Of a DNA stretch of 30,130 nucleotides, positions 18,377-26,164 are shown piece after piece (position 1 is the stretch's first letter; every line of letters begins with the position of its first letter). The translations under genes and the position numbers were made by a program. The notes beneath the pieces are model-generated. The model saw only the letters and a list, made by a program, of their open reading frames with translations. It was not told the DNA's origin and did not search any database. The DNA is from a virus (taxonomy: Duplodnaviria > Heunggongvirae > Uroviricota > Caudoviricetes), in IMG/VR virus record IMGVR_UViG_3300013121_000008, positions 128,001-158,130 of that record; one strand, 5' to 3'.

Positions 18377-18493
18377 TTGCTTACAATATATTGAATCTAC
18401 CTAAAAATTATCTAACATTACATTCTCCATTTAATATAAAGGTCTGCAAATAAAATTGAAACAAAAACTATAACTATTACTTTTATTAATAAC

Positions 18494-18502
18494 ATTTTAC
18501 CA
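18494..18502 (-). promoter_or_regulatory. possible extended -10 promoter (TGgTAAAAT)
   Basis: TGTGGTAAAAT in one of the few intergenic gaps, upstream of SD+ATG at 18418; weak in AT-rich DNA. Confidence 0.3.
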
Positions 18503-18505
18503 CAC

Positions 18506-18751
18506 TTATTTTATTAATTCCAATAATGATAACCACAAATCTTCTGAAAGTCCAGGATAAAGTTTATTTAAATGTTTTGCTCTTTCTTTGTGAAGCTCAT
18601 CTACTTTTTGGTTGTGTTTAGCTGGCGTGTCACCTAATCTCAAATCATATCGACAAGAAGGTATATCGCAACTTGCATAGCAGAAAGAATCTCCACATGG
18701 TCCTTCCCATCTTGTTTTATTTGTTTTTCGCCAATTAAACCAGATATTCAT
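18506..18751 (-). CDS. hypothetical protein (Cys-containing)
   Basis: AGGAG SD; four Cys. Confidence 0.65.
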   Translation of the reverse strand: MNIWFNWRKTNKTRWEGPCGDSFCYASCDIPSCRYDLRLGDTPAKHNQKVDELHKERAKHLNKLYPGLSEDLWLSLLELIK

Positions 18752-18760
18752 TTTATTCTC

Positions 18761-19258
18761 CTACCAACTAATATAAACTTCTATTTCGTTTTCCATATTA
18801 TTTATTTCAAAAACTCTAATAAAATAATTTAATATTTCTTCAAGATATTCTTTTTCTTCTTCGTGATTTTCTATATAAGAATAATTGCTTAATTCTTCTT
18901 TTAGTTCATAAGGATTAAAATAAATATAAGAGCCGTTATGTATTTCATAGGTATCAGCTATAAAATGCCAAAAATCTATGTATTTGGGTTCTAAACATTG
19001 TCCATCGTCTGCTTTCGCATACTCAGTATTAATTTTAATTCTTTCTTCAAGTTCAGCTCCTTTAACTTCTCCTATTAATACTTTCCAATTGTATCCATGT
19101 TTAGTTGCCCAATGAGCAACAGTAAAATCTCCTGTTTCATAATTTACTTTTTTATTATATTTTCCAAGCCAATCTCTTATATCCCTGCCAGATAAAGTTT
19201 TGACTTCTCTACATAACTGATTCCAATCATAATATTCTTTATTTAATTTTTTTATCAT
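18761..19258 (-). CDS. hypothetical protein, C-terminal-Trp family
   Basis: YYDW...DFWH...HNGSY...VYISW. Confidence 0.75.
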   Translation of the reverse strand: MIKKLNKEYYDWNQLCREVKTLSGRDIRDWLGKYNKKVNYETGDFTVAHWATKHGYNWKVLIGEVKGAELEERIKINTEYAKADDGQCLEPKYIDFWHFIADTYEIHNGSYIYFNPYELKEELSNYSYIENHEEEKEYLEEILNYFIRVFEINNMENEIEVYISW

Positions 19259-19262
19259 TTCT

Positions 19263-19601
19263 TTACCAACTAATATCTATATTATAAATTCCAGGCTCAA
19301 TATATCCTTCTACCCATAAGTATGTAAAAAGAGTTCTTAATTCCCATTCTTCACAATATTCTTTTTCTATTATTTTCAAAACATCTGGTAATTCATATTT
19401 TACATAATATTCAGATACAGAATAATCTTCTCTACTTATCTTATAGCTTATAGAAAATTTATTTGTAGTATCGTTTGTTAGCTCCATTATTTCAAAACTT
19501 TTTAAGGAAAGAATATCTTTTATCCAATTTTCTAATTTATTATAATCTATCGAATAGATTGTTTCAGTAGTGAATGGTGATTTTGATAACTTCTTTTTCA
19601 T
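19263..19601 (-). CDS. hypothetical protein, C-terminal-Trp family
   Basis: IDYNKLE...NDT...L..EGYIEPGIYNIDISW. Confidence 0.75.
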   Translation of the reverse strand: MKKKLSKSPFTTETIYSIDYNKLENWIKDILSLKSFEIMELTNDTTNKFSISYKISREDYSVSEYYVKYELPDVLKIIEKEYCEEWELRTLFTYLWVEGYIEPGIYNIDISW

Positions 19602-19603
19602 AA

Positions 19604-19795
19604 TTATATTTCCTTTAATAATATTTGTACAACGATACAGTCTTTTAATTTATTGCATTGTTTTGAGGCTGCGGATTTAGATTGATATATCTGTAATTTA
19701 GGAAACAAATTAAAACTTCCTGGATATCCATGAGTATAATAAAGAGAATCTGTTATTTTTTTAATTCCAAATCTAATAGTTTCTTTTTTATCCAT
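19604..19795 (-). CDS. hypothetical protein
   Basis: ORF in a tightly packed array. Confidence 0.6.
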   Translation of the reverse strand: MDKKETIRFGIKKITDSLYYTHGYPGSFNLFPKLQIYQSKSAASKQCNKLKDCIVVQILLKEI

Positions 19796-20090
19796 TATAT
19801 TTTTTTATTATTTTTGAGTTTTTAATTAAATTAAAACACTCTATTTTTTCTAAATTATTTTTTTCTATATCATTTATACTTAAAATTTCAACTTCATAAA
19901 TTCCAATTGGAAAATTCCATTGATTATTTTTAATTACATAATCACTGTTTATGAATTTCTTAGCTTCTTCAATCGAAAGAAATATAATACCACCTTCGTA
20001 ATCTTCTGTTTTACCTATTTTATTTGCGTTTTTGTTATTTTTAAGAAATTTGTCATATACCAATTCATTTCCTAATGTATAAACAATCAT
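19788..20090 (-). CDS. hypothetical protein
   Basis: ORF in a tightly packed array. Confidence 0.7.
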   Translation of the reverse strand: MIVYTLGNELVYDKFLKNNKNANKIGKTEDYEGGIIFLSIEEAKKFINSDYVIKNNQWNFPIGIYEVEILSINDIEKNNLEKIECFNLIKNSKIIKKYNG

Positions 20091-20091
20091 A

Positions 20092-20382
20092 TTACCACCA
20101 ATAATGAATTTTAATTTCTGGTTCTTTTATTTCATTAAAAAGATATTCATATATAGCTAAATCAACTATATCCTTTTCTCTTCCTAAATAATTTGCTTCA
20201 GTTTTTTCTTTTAGGTAATCAATTTCATCTTTTAAAAATACAGTTATTAAAGAACCGTTATAAGTAGATAAATCTATTGCTATTTTACGAAAAGCTTCAT
20301 CTATTTCTTGTCTTGTTAAATTAGTTTTTTCATATAAAAAATACTTAATTTCCCAAACATCATAATATTTATATGATTTCAT
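20092..20382 (-). CDS. hypothetical protein, C-terminal-Trp family
   Basis: YYDVWEI...YNGSL...IKIHYWW. Confidence 0.7.
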   Translation of the reverse strand: MKSYKYYDVWEIKYFLYEKTNLTRQEIDEAFRKIAIDLSTYNGSLITVFLKDEIDYLKEKTEANYLGREKDIVDLAIYEYLFNEIKEPEIKIHYWW

Positions 20383-20662
20383 TTTCTAATATCTCGTAAG
20401 TTGTTGCTTTCCAAGCTTCTTCTATATCTTTTTCTGATTCAACTAATTCCCAAAATATTTTTGTTCTCATTATACTTGTATAGGAACATTGAACCCAATT
20501 AGTTTTTATATTTCCTTGTAATCTTTGCCATAAAGTACAAGAATTTGTAGACATTCCACCTTGTTTATCTGGCGCAGAACCATTAGAACTGCCTTGTATT
20601 TCTATAAAAATATTAGGTATTAATTCTTTTGTCCATTTCATAATTAATCTACGTCTTGCCAA
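20369..20662 (-). CDS. hypothetical protein (start probably ATG at 20641)
   Basis: ORF in array; second Met follows the upstream stop. Confidence 0.6.
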   Translation of the reverse strand: MARRRLIMKWTKELIPNIFIEIQGSSNGSAPDKQGGMSTNSCTLWQRLQGNIKTNWVQCSYTSIMRTKIFWELVESEKDIEEAWKATTYEILENEII

Positions 20663-20949
20663 CTATAAATTATTTTTTCTATTCTTTTTACTTCAGTTAA
20701 TATGAGTTCATTTGCATCATCAATTTCCTGATAATAATCTTGCCAATAAGAACCACTTCTACTTCTATCAAAATAGTAAAATTTATCAGGATTGTCTATT
20801 GGGCTTACAACCATAAATGAAGTATCATATTTTCCTTGACTAACCCAATCGCTTTCTTCTACAACTGTCCATTTATCTGAGTTACCAAAGTATAATTCTC
20901 TTACTTCTTTCTTATTCTCTTTTGTTATTGGTATAATTAATTCAGCCAT
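20644..20949 (-). CDS. conserved-looking phage protein (SRSGSY motif)
   Basis: WVSQGKY...SRSGSYWQDY; AAGGA SD. Confidence 0.7.
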   Translation of the reverse strand: MAELIIPITKENKKEVRELYFGNSDKWTVVEESDWVSQGKYDTSFMVVSPIDNPDKFYYFDRSRSGSYWQDYYQEIDDANELILTEVKRIEKIIYSWQDVD

Positions 20950-20960
20950 ATTATTTTCCT

Positions 20961-21212
20961 TTATTCGTATTGTTCTTCTTGTAAATCATATTCATTTATT
21001 TCTGGTACTTCTAGATAATATAAAGGGGGCGTACCATCACAATATTTTCCATTCAAAAAGAATTCCCATTCATTATAATTATTTTTATCTTTAGATTTAC
21101 GTCTGTAGCCACCAGTGGCTTGTGCTATAGACCAATAAGTAAATATAACTCTTTGTTCTTCTTTTGGTTCTGTTTTGGTGACCTTTTTCCATTCCATTAA
21201 AATTTTCCCCAT
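20961..21212 (-). CDS. hypothetical protein (start probably ATG at 21197)
   Basis: MEWKKV..EP N-terminus typical of small phage proteins. Confidence 0.6.
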   Translation of the reverse strand: MGKILMEWKKVTKTEPKEEQRVIFTYWSIAQATGGYRRKSKDKNNYNEWEFFLNGKYCDGTPPLYYLEVPEINEYDLQEEQYE

Positions 21213-21475
21213 TCTTTTAAATAACCTGAAGAGTTTAAAATATTATATTCTTCAATATTATAACATTGATAATGTTCTTCACTCATCAAATTTATAACTT
21301 GTTTAGCTGCTCCTAGAGTATTAAATATTCTTGCTTCTTTAAACAAAGTTGTAAATTGTTGTTTTTTATTAAAATGTTTATTAGCTGTTCCCTTTAGCCA
21401 AACTATTTTATTACAAGTTTCGTCATAAAAGCTTATAGTATATATATTTCTTGATTGTATTAATGTAGGATGCAT
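21197..21475 (-). CDS. hypothetical protein
   Basis: ORF in array. Confidence 0.6.
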   Translation of the reverse strand: MHPTLIQSRNIYTISFYDETCNKIVWLKGTANKHFNKKQQFTTLFKEARIFNTLGAAKQVINLMSEEHYQCYNIEEYNILNSSGYLKEWGKF

Positions 21476-21477
21476 AT

Positions 21478-21780
21478 TTAATTTCTTTTAGCTCTCTCTA
21501 ATCTAACTGGAAAACCAAGTCCTTTAAAAATTTCTATCAAGGCTAACATAAAGAATTTATCTGTTGGTTTTAATTTAATATTTCGTGAAAGTAAATAAAA
21601 ATTAACTCCTTCTTTTACCATTGACTCTAAATCTTTTTTTAATTCTGGCAAACAATAAGTAATTATAGCTCCTTCAGAATTTTGTTCTATGATGGCTATA
21701 ATTTCATTGCTATTTTCTTTTATATAAACAGTTAATTTATGTGGTCTAACATAATTATTGTCCACTTGAACCAAATCCAC
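21478..21780 (-). CDS. hypothetical protein
   Basis: ORF in array; start uncertain. Confidence 0.55.
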   Translation of the reverse strand: MDLVQVDNNYVRPHKLTVYIKENSNEIIAIIEQNSEGAIITYCLPELKKDLESMVKEGVNFYLLSRNIKLKPTDKFFMLALIEIFKGLGFPVRLERAKRN

Positions 21781-22306
21781 CAGTTCTTTCAGAAGAACTT
21801 AATTCATTGACTTCAACCCAATCTTGTTTCCAATAGGGCATCAATACTGCTTGCGCTATTCTATCGCCCGGATATAGCCTTATTTCCTCTTCTGAAGAGT
21901 TATATAGGATAACACCCCACTCATCTCTATAAGAGCTGTCAATGGTCCCTGGAGTGTTTAAAACAGTAAGTCCTTTTTTCAGAGCCCATCCCGAACGTGG
22001 TCTAATTTCTATTTGATAGCCATCGGGAGAATTAGGAATAACTCTTTTATCAAAAAATACTCTCCAAAAAACTTCCATGAATCCTTCTACAGAAATTTTT
22101 TTAGGTAAAATAAATTCAGTTGCAAAGCCCAACTTAATTAATTTTCTTTCTCCAGGTTTTAATACAATAGCATCGTCTGGAGAAAAACTGGTAATATTAA
22201 ATTGATTAACCATTTCTGGAATATATAGATCCCAACCTGCAGAGCCTTCGTCTGCTCTTGTAGGTATAATTGCATTGGGTATTAATCTTTTAAAATTTAT
22301 TTGCAT
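21755..22306 (-). CDS. dut: trimeric dUTPase
   Basis: AGWDL, RPRSG, GTIDSSYRDE, GDRIAQ, RTGGFGSSG (motifs I-V). Confidence 0.95.
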   Translation of the reverse strand: MQINFKRLIPNAIIPTRADEGSAGWDLYIPEMVNQFNITSFSPDDAIVLKPGERKLIKLGFATEFILPKKISVEGFMEVFWRVFFDKRVIPNSPDGYQIEIRPRSGWALKKGLTVLNTPGTIDSSYRDEWGVILYNSSEEEIRLYPGDRIAQAVLMPYWKQDWVEVNELSSSERTGGFGSSGQ

Positions 22307-22321
22307 ATAAAAGTCCTTATT

Positions 22322-22657
22322 TTATGTATCTTCATACCAATTGGCTGGATTATCTTCACTTAAAGAACCTATAACTACAGCCAATACTAATTTTTCATTT
22401 TTATATAAATAATCTCTTAAGTTTTGACAAAAAGCTCCAGAACCTAAATCATTATCTGTCCATTCTTCTAAACCATAGATTGCGTATATATCTAATTTAT
22501 TATTATTGAATAATTCAATTAAATCTTTTCCGTAGCTTGGAGGGGGATTATAATCGAAATTAAGTCCTGAATTATATCTAGTTTTTATATAAAAATAGTG
22601 AGATGAATAATTAGGAATTGACAGAACTGTTTCAAAACACCAATCATTACAAGACAT
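22322..22657 (-). CDS. hypothetical protein
   Basis: ORF in array. Confidence 0.6.
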   Translation of the reverse strand: MSCNDWCFETVLSIPNYSSHYFYIKTRYNSGLNFDYNPPPSYGKDLIELFNNNKLDIYAIYGLEEWTDNDLGSGAFCQNLRDYLYKNEKLVLAVVIGSLSEDNPANWYEDT

Positions 22658-22681
22658 TATATTGAATTTCCTTTATTTATA

Positions 22682-22939
22682 TTACCAATAAATATATAAT
22701 TTTCCTTCTGGTAATAAATCTTTATTAGCTAGTTGTTGAAAATAATAGTCTGAAGAATTATCTTTTTTATATTTTTTACCTTTAGAAATATTTCCTATAT
22801 ATTTAATTGCGTCTCTTGGGCACTCTAAAAGATATTTTAATTCTTCATTATCATTAAAATTTTTGATTTCTGCTTGTAATAAACATTCTAAATCGAATAA
22901 ATATATTAGATTTCCTTCTAATTTTTTATAATGAATCAT
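22682..22939 (-). CDS. hypothetical protein, C-terminal-Trp family
   Basis: FDLECL...L..KDLLPEGKLYIYW, similar to the end of 19263-19601. Confidence 0.65.
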   Translation of the reverse strand: MIHYKKLEGNLIYLFDLECLLQAEIKNFNDNEELKYLLECPRDAIKYIGNISKGKKYKKDNSSDYYFQQLANKDLLPEGKLYIYW

Positions 22940-22953
22940 TTGAATCCTGATAT

Positions 22954-23154
22954 TTATATATTAATTGTACTAATTGTTTTCTTATTTTCTAATTCATAAT
23001 AGCCGTCTTCAGATTTTCTAAATGGAATATAATCTCCATTATATTTTAAACTTATACAAGTCTCTGAAATTTCTAATCTTAAGCTATATAAAATTTCTTC
23101 TACTACTTCTTTTTTAATTCGTTCTATTAAACTATCTATTTCATAATCTTGCAT
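22954..23154 (-). CDS. hypothetical protein
   Basis: ORF in array. Confidence 0.6.
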   Translation of the reverse strand: MQDYEIDSLIERIKKEVVEEILYSLRLEISETCISLKYNGDYIPFRKSEDGYYELENKKTISTINI

Positions 23155-23166
23155 TATATGAATCTC

Positions 23167-23655
23167 TTAAAATGGATAATAATTTTCTTCTTCGTATTTA
23201 ATTAAACTTAGTTTGGCGTTTTCTATAGTGTCTTCTAGTGTATGAGCAATAGGTATACTAAGTTTTCTTGCGTGCCAATCTAAATACTTCATTTTTGGCG
23301 CACTAATTGGATAACCTAAAGAGATATTTTTGTGTAAAAACATACCAAATTCTACGTTCGTTGTAAAACCTGGCATCGAATTTAAATCTCTTGGAATCCA
23401 GAACAATATAATTGACGATTGATTTAACATATCAAATTCCCATTGAATTTGATTCATATATTCACTTTCCCATTTATTGTTTCTTGGCTCTGGAATATAA
23501 ATAGTATCAAAAAAGTTTTGTTTTTTTAGTATTTCAATAGCTTCTGGTCGCCATGACTGAACATTGTTATCTCTTGGAGTTGGACCAGCGAGAAATATAG
23601 ATCTATCAAAGTTTCTTATGGAATTATTTTGTTCTAAAGCATATACTAAATTCAT
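23167..23655 (-). CDS. nucleoside 2-deoxyribosyltransferase-like protein
   Basis: SIFLAGPTPR...SWR, YIPEPR, QIQWE, FWIPR, GFTTNVEFG. Confidence 0.8.
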   Translation of the reverse strand: MNLVYALEQNNSIRNFDRSIFLAGPTPRDNNVQSWRPEAIEILKKQNFFDTIYIPEPRNNKWESEYMNQIQWEFDMLNQSSIILFWIPRDLNSMPGFTTNVEFGMFLHKNISLGYPISAPKMKYLDWHARKLSIPIAHTLEDTIENAKLSLIKYEEENYYPF

Positions 23656-23657
23656 TT

Positions 23658-23906
23658 TTATTCCTCTACTTCTTTTATTTTAAGAAATACTTCAACAGTT
23701 CCATTAAGATATTGAATATAGAAACCTTTAGTTGAATCAGTATAAGCAGTAAAAGGAGGAGACTGTTCTAAACCCCAATAATCAAAACTTTGTTCTCCAC
23801 TGCCTTCGTACCAAGAAGCAAACGCCAAAGCTTGTTCTTTAGTTTTAAATCCGCTGAAAATAACTTTAAAGTTATCTTGTTCATCATCTAGTTTTTGTTT
23901 TTGCAT
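23658..23906 (-). CDS. hypothetical protein
   Basis: GFKTKEQALAFASWYEGSGEQ. Confidence 0.65.
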   Translation of the reverse strand: MQKQKLDDEQDNFKVIFSGFKTKEQALAFASWYEGSGEQSFDYWGLEQSPPFTAYTDSTKGFYIQYLNGTVEVFLKIKEVEE

Positions 23907-23907
23907 T

Positions 23908-24390
23908 TTAATCTACTCTTATATTTTTAAATTCTTCTTCAGACATTTTTAAAATTGTTGTTTTTCTAATAGGGCCGCCCAACCAATTATACATAGGCAT
24001 ACCATCTAAGTAATTACTAACAGTAGGAATACGACCCATATCCTCTATAATGTGTTCTTCGGCTATATCTCTTACAGAGACTTTATTACCATCTGAATTT
24101 ACTGTATAAGCAGACTTGCTTGTTCTTGCTTCTTGAAGTAGTAATTTTATATCTTTAATTTCTTCTTCAGACCAACTATATTTATTGGCTAATTTATTTA
24201 TAGAACCTTCAGGAATTCCGTATAACATTTCTGCTATATAACAACCTAAACTATTATGTAGTATAGTTCTATGTCTCATATCTGGATGAGAAGATTTAGA
24301 TAAATCTAAAAAATTATGAATATCTATATAATCTTCTATAATACCACCGTATTTTTTTACTGTTTTTAGTGCATGTAATATTGGTTTCAT
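23908..24390 (-). CDS. His-rich conserved phage protein (DUF6915-like)
   Basis: P..HA...KKYGG..EDY..IH.F.D.SK...D.RHR..LH...G...VSVRDIAEEHI.EDMG.IPT. Confidence 0.7.
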   Translation of the reverse strand: MKPILHALKTVKKYGGIIEDYIDIHNFLDLSKSSHPDMRHRTILHNSLGCYIAEMLYGIPEGSINKLANKYSWSEEEIKDIKLLLQEARTSKSAYTVNSDGNKVSVRDIAEEHIIEDMGRIPTVSNYLDGMPMYNWLGGPIRKTTILKMSEEEFKNIRVD

Positions 24391-24392
24391 AA

Positions 24393-24752
24393 TTATTTCT
24401 CTAAATGTAATTCGACAATTTGATATTCAATATAGTCTGGCCATTCGATTTCTTCGTCTTCTGGTCCATCTTTAATAAATTTTATTTTTTCTTCAACAGT
24501 CGTAAGTCTACGATAAGAGCTTTCTATTTTTTCTTCATCAAGACCATAATATCCATAATAATTCAATTCTTCTCTACGTAAAATATTTTCAAATTCATTT
24601 ATATTTTTTATATCACAATCGTCTTGTGCTTTTTTCTTATTCTTGTATAAAGCTGAAGGGTATCCTCCCGCACTCTCTCCTCTATAAAAGATTTCATCAT
24701 TATATTCCCAACCACAATGCAATAATACATAATATTTACTTTTGGGTTTCAT
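24393..24752 (-). CDS. hypothetical protein
   Basis: GWEYNDE motif; AGAAGG SD. Confidence 0.7.
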   Translation of the reverse strand: MKPKSKYYVLLHCGWEYNDEIFYRGESAGGYPSALYKNKKKAQDDCDIKNINEFENILRREELNYYGYYGLDEEKIESSYRRLTTVEEKIKFIKDGPEDEEIEWPDYIEYQIVELHLEK

Positions 24753-24942
24753 ATATACCTTCTCTGTTGTTTATTGTTTTCTCTATTTGAGAAACAGTTT
24801 CTTTTACGAAAATTAAATTTGAATTAAGTTCACTATTTGTATTAATTTTTGTTGTTCCAGAAGTTTCACCCTCAAAAGTAATTATATTTTTTGTATTAAT
24901 TAATATATATAATCCATTTAATTTAGTAAGTTTTAGCCACAT
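24736..24942 (-). CDS. FlbD/SwrD-like small protein
   Basis: MWLKLTKLNG..ILIN...I...E...T.I......IFVKETVSQI matches the FlbD pattern MIKLTRLNG...VKES. Confidence 0.6.
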   Translation of the reverse strand: MWLKLTKLNGLYILINTKNIITFEGETSGTTKINTNSELNSNLIFVKETVSQIEKTINNREGIYETQK

Positions 24943-24951
24943 AGTATTTCC

Positions 24952-26163
24952 TTATTCAAACTCTGTTAATAAATATACTTTACTGTCTTCATGTATAAAT
25001 GATTTTGTATTATATTCTGTCAATAACCAATTCCATCTTTCTGGGTGTTTGGGATTGACAGTGTTTCCAAATCCATCACTTATTACAAAAACATATTCTG
25101 GATATTTGTGTAATTTTAATAATTCATTTTCAAGAATATTAAAAGCAGTTCCACCACCACCAATAATCTTATTAGTTTTTAAATCTAATTTATGAACTTT
25201 AGTATCAAAACTATAAGCTTCTATAATAAAAGATTCTTCTGGAATTCTTTTAACTAATTTCAAAAATCTTTCTGATAAATGAGCACAAGAACCAGATACA
25301 TCTAAAAATAAAGTAATAAGTTTTTTATCTTTCTTTTCTAATTCTATATCTAATACGCCTTCTATTAGAAACTTTGGATCCAAAGATTGATGACTTCTTT
25401 TACGCATAATCCAAGTGTCTTCTTCTTCAAAGAGAATTCTTTTTAGTTTGTTTTTAACTATTGATTCCCATTTTTTATTTGGAATTACTTTTTTAATTTC
25501 AAATATTTTTTCTATCTCAGAAGAACCATCTGGACTCGCTTCGCCTTCTTTTCCTTTTAGGTCACCTAAAGCCTTTTTGATTTCTTCTTTATCGAAATTA
25601 TCTCGAATAAAATTATCGAATTCTTTAGTAAAATCAAATTCTAAATGTTCATCAGATAATGCCACTTTTCCTAAATTACAATTTTCTTGATTATCTTTTA
25701 AATATTTATACAATTTTTCTAAATGAAATTCTTTAATTTCTTCCAGATATTCATAATCAGAATGTTCTTCAAAAACTTTTTCGTATGTATAAATAAAATC
25801 AAGAATATTACTATCGAAATCAAAATGATTAATTAATTTTTCATTAACAATCAAATCTGCTGCTATATTTAATATATCTTTAGAAGCGTTTTTGTCTATA
25901 CTTAGTATCTTAACTATTCTTGGGAAATGATAGAAAATTATATGTAATATTTCATGAAGAACACAAAACATTTTTTGGTCTTTATCTAAACTATTCCAAA
26001 AATTTTCATTAATAATTAAATATATCTTTTTGTTTTCTATATAAATACCAAGAGTTTTAACTTTATCTGTAAAGGATATATTAGCTAAGCTCCAAAATTT
26101 ATAATAAAAAATACCATAATTGGATAAACTATTTAATATATTTTTATATTCTTCTTTATTCAT
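24952..26163 (-). CDS. metallopeptidase (HExxH) plus C-terminal vWA-like protein
   Basis: VLHEILH, NIAADL.VN, FLDVSGSC, SFDT, GGGGT.F, ISDG. Confidence 0.85.
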   Translation of the reverse strand: MNKEEYKNILNSLSNYGIFYYKFWSLANISFTDKVKTLGIYIENKKIYLIINENFWNSLDKDQKMFCVLHEILHIIFYHFPRIVKILSIDKNASKDILNIAADLIVNEKLINHFDFDSNILDFIYTYEKVFEEHSDYEYLEEIKEFHLEKLYKYLKDNQENCNLGKVALSDEHLEFDFTKEFDNFIRDNFDKEEIKKALGDLKGKEGEASPDGSSEIEKIFEIKKVIPNKKWESIVKNKLKRILFEEEDTWIMRKRSHQSLDPKFLIEGVLDIELEKKDKKLITLFLDVSGSCAHLSERFLKLVKRIPEESFIIEAYSFDTKVHKLDLKTNKIIGGGGTAFNILENELLKLHKYPEYVFVISDGFGNTVNPKHPERWNWLLTEYNTKSFIHEDSKVYLLTEFE

Positions 26164-26164
26164 T

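Noticed and set aside
18752-18763. Read-through of the TAG at 18761-18763 into the in-frame ORF 18506-18751
   Set aside because: The upstream protein ends in ISW like its paralogues, and the TAG is explained by overlap with the next gene's SD (TAGGAG).
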